A DNA stretch of 64,000 bases from a virus, in IMG/VR virus record IMGVR_UViG_3300010885_004110, positions 58,588-122,587 of that record. One strand, given 5' to 3'. Under the pieces are notes generated by a model. That model was not told the origin of the DNA, did not search any database, and was given only the letters and a program-made list of their open reading frames with translations. Positions within the stretch are counted from its first letter, which is position 1. The number at the start of each line of letters is the position of its first letter. A program made the translations under genes and the position numbers. This document shows, piece by piece, positions 58,939 through 64,000 of this stretch.

Positions 58939-60525
58939 ATGGCAAAATCACTAGACGGTAATTTAATTAAGAAAGCGCATGCTCCTCAACGATATACGTT
59001 AGAGGAAGTTAAACACCTTGAAGCCTGCATGGATCCTGTAACAGGACCATTATACTTTGCCAAAAACTTTTTGAAGATTCAGCACCCTACAAGGGGAAGT
59101 ATTCCGTTTGAGCCATACGAATATCAAGAACGATTAATTGACTCTTATCATAACAATAAACAATGTATTGCTATGTTGCCTCGTCAGATGGGCAAGACAA
59201 CCTGTGCCTGTGCATATCTACTTTGGTACACAATGTTTGTACCGGAATCACAAGTACTGATTGCAGCACACAAGTATGAAGGTGCGCAAGACATTATGAA
59301 TCGTTACCGCTTTGGTTACGAGAACTTGCCTGACTTTATTCGTGCTGGTGTGTATTCATACAATAGAAATACCATCGAATATGATAATGGTTCACGTATT
59401 CAAGCAGTGACTACAACAGAAAATACAGGACGTGGTAAATCTCTTTCATTGATATATTGTGATGAGTTTGCATTTGTGCAACCTCCAGAGAAAGCCAAAG
59501 AGTTCTGGACAGCATTAAGTCCTACATTATCAACCGGTGGTAAATGTATTATTACATCAACACCAAACTCAGACGAAGATCAATTTGCGCTTATTTGGAC
59601 AGAAGCTAATAAAAAGTTTGACGAATTCGGCAACGAACAAACAGTAGGTACAAATGGCTTTGCTTCATTCTTTGCACACTGGGCAGAGCATCCGGATCGT
59701 GATGAAAAATGGGCTCAAACAGAACGTGCTAAGATTGGTGAAGAACGTTTCCGTCGTGAATTTGATTGTGAATTCTTGATCTTTGATGAAACATTAATTA
59801 ATGCAGTAAAGCTAGTTGATATTAAAGGAGTTGAGCCTAAAATGGTCATGGGGCAAACACGTTGGTACAAAGATATTGATCCAAGGGCAACATATCTTGT
59901 GGCACTAGATCCTAGCTTAGGTACAGGCGGAGACTACGGTGCTATACAAGTCTACGAAATGCCCAGTATGACTCAAGTAGCAGAGTGGCATCATAATATG
60001 ACTCCTGTTCAACAGCAGGTAAAACACCTTCGAGAAATTTGCAAATATATACAGGATCGCGGTACCGAAAAGGGAGGAATTCCTCAAATATATTATAGTG
60101 TTGAAAATAACACTGTTGGTGAAAGTGCATTAATATGTATTACAAATATTGGAGAAGAAAACTTTCCGGGATTGTTCCTAAGCGAACCAATACGCAAAGG
60201 ACATGTTCGTAAATTCCGCAAAGGATTTAATACAACGCACAAGTCTAAAATTTCAACATGTAGTCAATTTAAACATATGTTAGAAACTAACAAGATGACA
60301 ATTTACTCTAAGCCCTTGGTTTCTGAATTAAAGACTTTTGTTGCACACGGAGTAGGTTTTGGAGCCAAGTCGGGAGAACACGACGATCTAGTCAGTGCAA
60401 CATTACTAATTATACGCATGGCAGGCATCTTAGCAGACTGGGATCCTAGAATATATGAAAAAATGACAGATAAATTGACAGAGGATCAACTGCCTATGCC
60501 TATATTTGTCAGCAGTGGGTTTTGA
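58939..60525 (+). CDS. gp17: Terminase large subunit (T4 gp17 family)
   Basis: PRQMGKT Walker A, YCDEFAF Walker B, ITSTPN, LDPSLGTGGDY and HDDLV nuclease motifs. Confidence 0.97.
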   Translation: MAKSLDGNLIKKAHAPQRYTLEEVKHLEACMDPVTGPLYFAKNFLKIQHPTRGSIPFEPYEYQERLIDSYHNNKQCIAMLPRQMGKTTCACAYLLWYTMFVPESQVLIAAHKYEGAQDIMNRYRFGYENLPDFIRAGVYSYNRNTIEYDNGSRIQAVTTTENTGRGKSLSLIYCDEFAFVQPPEKAKEFWTALSPTLSTGGKCIITSTPNSDEDQFALIWTEANKKFDEFGNEQTVGTNGFASFFAHWAEHPDRDEKWAQTERAKIGEERFRREFDCEFLIFDETLINAVKLVDIKGVEPKMVMGQTRWYKDIDPRATYLVALDPSLGTGGDYGAIQVYEMPSMTQVAEWHHNMTPVQQQVKHLREICKYIQDRGTEKGGIPQIYYSVENNTVGESALICITNIGEENFPGLFLSEPIRKGHVRKFRKGFNTTHKSKISTCSQFKHMLETNKMTIYSKPLVSELKTFVAHGVGFGAKSGEHDDLVSATLLIIRMAGILADWDPRIYEKMTDKLTEDQLPMPIFVSSGF

Positions 60526-60536
60526 TAAATATAACT

Positions 60537-62855
60537 ATGGACGCAACAAACAATATAGCCACAGATTTATTCTACAAAGTTAGAAGCCGTTTTCAAGGCC
60601 TAAAATTAGGCAACGAAACAGGTGAAATTACCATCAACCCAGAAGAAGCACGTTTCTTTGACTTTGATTACATGGAAGGGCAGAATCCAATTGGACATGT
60701 TAGCATTAGCCTAGCAGAGCCTAGTTCTATGAAAGTATATTTCAGTTCAGGTATCACTGAAGCAATGGATGGTGGGCAAAAAACCAATTGGTACAAGTTT
60801 TTAAAAGAACTTAGAATGTTTGCCAAGCGTAGACTAATGGCATTTGACACTAGAGATATTGCCAAAGACAACTTAGATAAAAGAGATTATGCTTTTCTAA
60901 GTCAAGCAAACAATCCTCAAAAGCAAAACCCTAATACAATAGTAAACCGAGTCGGAGAATCAATTATGAGTGAAAGCCAATTATACGGTAGCAAAACAAT
61001 GAGCTACCAAAAATTAATGGACACCAGATTAATCATTAAACACAGTCATGCACTGACAGATGATATGCAACCTGGTGCAAGAAGCAGAAATATTTCAGCA
61101 TTGTTTGTTGAGAATCAAGATGGTGAACGTTTTAAATATCCATTCATTCATCTAAGTGGTGCTAGAGCTATGCAACGTCACGTTGCTAACGGCGGTGTGC
61201 CATACGACGATATCGGTAAGAGTATTACATCAATGAGTGAAGAAATTGCTCAATTAAAAAGTTTTAGCAATTATGTTGTTCGTAATGATTTAATGAATTC
61301 AGGCAATAACGGAATTGTTGAACGTAGCCAGACTCAATTGGCAAACTTAAGAGAACAGATGACTAAGCTGGCCAAGCAAAGTCATTACGAGGCATACAAA
61401 GAATCCTTTCAGGTACAGGCACCTATGGAAGTTCCTGAAGATGTAGTTGAACAGTTCACTGATCAATTTACAGTTAGAAATTTCAAAGAAGATATTAGAT
61501 CTGTATTCCCAGTTCTGTATAGACTAATGAAGGAATCAGAAATAGGCTATAACGACATAGTCGAAATGACATCACAAGATTTTGTAGAGGCCGATGCAAT
61601 CGAAGGCAATGATCCTTTTGATAAATTTGAATCATGGGTAATGGAGTTAGGTGAAGCTTCGGCAATTGCTAGTCAAGACCCAGAAGAGCAGCAATTAGCC
61701 TTACAAAATTTGCAAGAATTAGTTAAACAGCATTTTCCAGCAGGCGTAGATGGACAAAATGCTATTGAAAGTCTAAAAGGCATTATAGAAGATCCACAAT
61801 TGTTTCAAGCAATTAAGGAACAATCAAAACAAGACCCGGACAGTTGCGTAAGAGGCCTAGTAAAAGAATGGTTACAACAAAATGCTCCAGATACTCTAGA
61901 ACAATTAGACTTTGGAGATTTTGTTGAAGAACCTGCACCTGAAGATCCAATGCAGTATGCTAACGACGCAGCTGATGCTGATGCAGAATACTACGGACAA
62001 CAAGGCGAAGGTCTTGATGAAGCAGCTAGCCCCGGCGATTACGAAATCGACGGTGACATGGCTACTGTAGAATTTGAAAGAGACGAATCAGGCAGACCAA
62101 AAGTTACAAAAGTTATGATTGGAAGTACTGACATCACAGCTATTGTTGATTTAGAAGCTGTGGCCGACGGTGTTGACTATGAAGATGCAGAAAGTCCAGC
62201 TGAAGATGTTTATATAATGTTAGATATTGATATTGAATCAGATTATAATCCAGCAGAGCGAGGTTCAAGAGAACATGGAACTGGCCTTCAATTAGAACCA
62301 GATTACGATGCATATAGTGAGATTACAGGTATTACAGCATACGGTAATGGAAAGAAAGTTTCTATATACACTGATGATTTTCCGGAAAGTGTTCAAGAAA
62401 GAATTCAAGAAATTGCAGACGAGATGAACAGCGGCGACGATGATGACGGGTATGATGATAGATACGAAGGTATGGAAGAAGGTCCGGACAAAAAAGATAT
62501 CCCAGCAGCACAGCGTAAGGCAAGTGGAGACGCAGATTGGAAAGTTTCTCAACAAGATTTAGAAAAAGAAAAAGACAGCAGAATTAGCCATAGGGATACA
62601 TTAGCTAAAAACAGAGGCGCAAACATACAAGAGTTGGCAGAATTTATTCATAGCTTTTACGATAAAGATTCAGGTACATTCCCTAAAGGCCCAGAAGGCG
62701 TTTGTACAATGGTAGGCAAGAAATTTGGCGAACAGGCAGAACAAGTTGCTCGTAAATTTGTAGAAAGAATGGCACCACAACAGAAAGATCCACAGATTGC
62801 AGAATTATCTCGTATTAAACAATTGTCAGGCATTAGTCAAGGCATAGGAATGTAA
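60537..62855 (+). CDS. Large conserved-looking head-associated protein with an acidic insertion
   Basis: Start reassigned to ATG 60537 (TAAATA-N5-ATG). GERFKYPFIHLSGARAMQRH block; C-terminal ELSRIKQLSGI. Confidence 0.7.
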   Translation: MDATNNIATDLFYKVRSRFQGLKLGNETGEITINPEEARFFDFDYMEGQNPIGHVSISLAEPSSMKVYFSSGITEAMDGGQKTNWYKFLKELRMFAKRRLMAFDTRDIAKDNLDKRDYAFLSQANNPQKQNPNTIVNRVGESIMSESQLYGSKTMSYQKLMDTRLIIKHSHALTDDMQPGARSRNISALFVENQDGERFKYPFIHLSGARAMQRHVANGGVPYDDIGKSITSMSEEIAQLKSFSNYVVRNDLMNSGNNGIVERSQTQLANLREQMTKLAKQSHYEAYKESFQVQAPMEVPEDVVEQFTDQFTVRNFKEDIRSVFPVLYRLMKESEIGYNDIVEMTSQDFVEADAIEGNDPFDKFESWVMELGEASAIASQDPEEQQLALQNLQELVKQHFPAGVDGQNAIESLKGIIEDPQLFQAIKEQSKQDPDSCVRGLVKEWLQQNAPDTLEQLDFGDFVEEPAPEDPMQYANDAADADAEYYGQQGEGLDEAASPGDYEIDGDMATVEFERDESGRPKVTKVMIGSTDITAIVDLEAVADGVDYEDAESPAEDVYIMLDIDIESDYNPAERGSREHGTGLQLEPDYDAYSEITGITAYGNGKKVSIYTDDFPESVQERIQEIADEMNSGDDDDGYDDRYEGMEEGPDKKDIPAAQRKASGDADWKVSQQDLEKEKDSRISHRDTLAKNRGANIQELAEFIHSFYDKDSGTFPKGPEGVCTMVGKKFGEQAEQVARKFVERMAPQQKDPQIAELSRIKQLSGISQGIGM

Positions 62856-62896
62856 CAATTTCGTCGCAGTTAGAGTCTAGTTAACTCTATTAGATT

Positions 62897-62920
62897 GGGC
62901 ACTTAGGTGCCCTTTCTTTT
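62897..62920 (+). terminator. Intrinsic terminator
   Basis: GGGCAC-TTAG-GTGCCC followed by TTTCTTTT. Confidence 0.8.
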
Positions 62921-62987
62921 GGCTAAATTGATTGTCAACGAAATCTGTCTCTAAGGCGTTGTATATGTATGCTAGGAGGCATTATGT

Positions 62988-63305
62988 ATGAAACGTTTAG
63001 CTACTACACTGATTGCGAGTCTGACACTACTAAGTGGGACAAGTCAAGCAAATCCGAATCATTGGAATCATCATGGTCATCGTCAAGGTGCGCCTCGTGT
63101 AGAATGGATTGCTCCGCTTGTGATCGGAAGCGTAGTAACGTATGCTCTAACAAGGCCTACGCCACAGCCAGTAATAGTACAACAATGGCCAGTACAAGTG
63201 TATCCTAACACCCAACCATTTGCACCAATAGGTTATCATTATGAGAATATTCTCGATGCTAATTGTAATTGTTACAGACTGGTATTAGTTCAAAATCAAC
63301 CTTAA
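62988..63305 (+). CDS. Small secreted/membrane protein with a signal peptide
   Basis: MKRLATTLIASLTLLSGTSQA signal peptide, His-rich segment, hydrophobic segment, Pro/Gln-rich tail; AGGAGG SD. Confidence 0.7.
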   Translation: MKRLATTLIASLTLLSGTSQANPNHWNHHGHRQGAPRVEWIAPLVIGSVVTYALTRPTPQPVIVQQWPVQVYPNTQPFAPIGYHYENILDANCNCYRLVLVQNQP

Positions 63306-63315
63306 AGGAAATATC

Positions 63316-63576
63316 ATGAACAAACTTATCGCAACTTTAATCGTATCAACATTCGCAGTGTCTGCTTTCGCCGCTGAGCCAGCTAAAGCTCCTGCTGCTC
63401 CTGCTGCTCCTGCTGCTCCTGCTGCTACAGCAAGTGCTCCGGCACCGGCTGCTGCAACACCGGCTAAGAAAGAAGAAAAGAAAGCAAAGCCAGAGGTCGC
63501 AAAAGCTGATGCCACTAAAAGTGCAACACCAGCACCTGCCGCTAAGGATACCAAAACAGAAGCTGTTAAGAAGTAA
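63316..63576 (+). CDS. Small secreted Ala/Pro/Lys-rich protein
   Basis: MNKLIATLIVSTFAVSAFA signal peptide with A-F-A cleavage site; (GCTCCTGCT)x4 repeat; AAGGA SD. Confidence 0.8.
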   Translation: MNKLIATLIVSTFAVSAFAAEPAKAPAAPAAPAAPAATASAPAPAAATPAKKEEKKAKPEVAKADATKSATPAPAAKDTKTEAVKK

Positions 63577-63592
63577 TCCACTTAGAAAGTCT

Positions 63593-63778
63593 TTGATACT
63601 CGGAGGGAGCGATCCTTCCAGTACCATTGACGATGAAGATCTAATAACAAGTTATCGTCGTCGTGATTTAGACAAGTCAGATAGAATCCAACCAGATGAT
63701 ATTAGTGATTATGTACTAGTTAGATTGGCAGTAGCCAGAGCAAAAGCAATGGCAGCGTATAGAAAGGCCCACGCATAA
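63593..63778 (+). CDS. Small hypothetical protein, start uncertain
   Basis: Protein-like C-terminal part of ORF 63434-63778 fills the gap before a terminator; the only nearby start is a TTG at 63593. Confidence 0.4.
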   Translation: MILGGSDPSSTIDDEDLITSYRRRDLDKSDRIQPDDISDYVLVRLAVARAKAMAAYRKAHA

Positions 63779-63790
63779 GTGGGCTTTTTT
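63767..63790 (+). terminator. Intrinsic terminator
   Basis: GCCCAC-loop-GTGGGC followed by TTTTTT. Confidence 0.8.
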
Positions 63791-63828
63791 ATTGGTAGAA
63801 ATATATTCAAATTTAGATAAGATAGTCG

Positions 63829-63857
63829 TTGACTTTACTAAATAAAAAGCACATAAT
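63829..63857 (+). promoter_or_regulatory. Sigma70-type promoter with a nested late TAAATA
   Basis: TTGACT-N17-CATAAT; TAAATA at 63839-63844. Confidence 0.65.
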
Positions 63858-63871
63858 AAAACATGTGCATA

Positions 63872-63910
63872 AGGCATATAAACATTTTAGGCATATACAG
63901 GAGGCATATA
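63872..63910 (+). repeat. Three AGGCATATA direct repeats in the gp32 leader
   Basis: Copies at 63872, 63889 and 63902; the last overlaps the SD. Confidence 0.85.
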
Positions 63911-63912
63911 AA

Positions 63913-64000
63913 ATGGCTACATTAGCAGAAATTCGTGCAAAACTTCAAGAAGCACAAGGCAAGTCCACAGGACAATCCACCGGCGGTGGAGACAACGCAA
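63913..64000 (+). CDS. gp32: ssDNA-binding protein (gp32-like), 5' fragment
   Basis: MATLAEIRAKLQEAQGKSTGQSTGGGDNA; basic N-terminal peptide like that of gp32; AGGAGG SD. Only 29 codons are visible. Confidence 0.6.
   Translation, partial: MATLAEIRAKLQEAQGKSTGQSTGGGDNA

Noticed and set aside
58939-60525. Intein or intron in the terminase, portal or capsid genes
   Set aside because: Lengths and motif spacing are normal, and no splice-junction or homing-endonuclease insertion is seen.
672-62555. Numerous short antisense or alternate-frame ORFs in the track (e.g. 672-1112, 23364-23867, 55538-55912)
   Set aside because: They are shadows of Gly/Ala/Thr-rich sense genes, lack SD or promoter signals, and are fully nested in well-supported CDSs.
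1-64000. Stop-codon reassignment or selenocysteine use
   Set aside because: All core genes are full length in the standard code. TAA, TGA and TAG all act as stops, and the Cys-rich genes have no in-frame TGA.

Overview
This 64-kb window is the virion morphogenesis region of a large T4-like (myovirus) phage genome, probably from an uncultured aquatic lineage. It uses the standard genetic code and is densely coding, mostly on the + strand. Order: end of a tape-measure/baseplate-hub-like protein with a GH19 lysozyme domain; head module (portal gp20, scaffold/core proteins, protease gp21, gp22, major capsid gp23); about 35 kb of fibre/adhesin genes, including three giant modular proteins (1806, 2767 and 1956 aa), three Cys-rich Gly-rich adhesin paralogs with two fibre chaperones, and a late cluster of glycosyltransferase, SGNH-like and carbamoyltransferase genes; then neck gp15/gp14/gp13, dNMP kinase, sheath gp18, tube gp19, gp4, terminases gp16/gp17, putative internal head proteins, two secreted host-like small proteins and the start of ssDNA-binding gp32. 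Most notable observations: (1) six phycobiliprotein-like CxRD helical domains inside the giant virion proteins; (2) a recurring TAA(A/G)TA-N5-ATG pattern implying leaderless late transcripts; (3) a riboswitch-like structured leader at 13972-14103; (4) Cys-loaded adhesins next to modification enzymes. All family assignments come from recognising motifs by eye; no database search was run.
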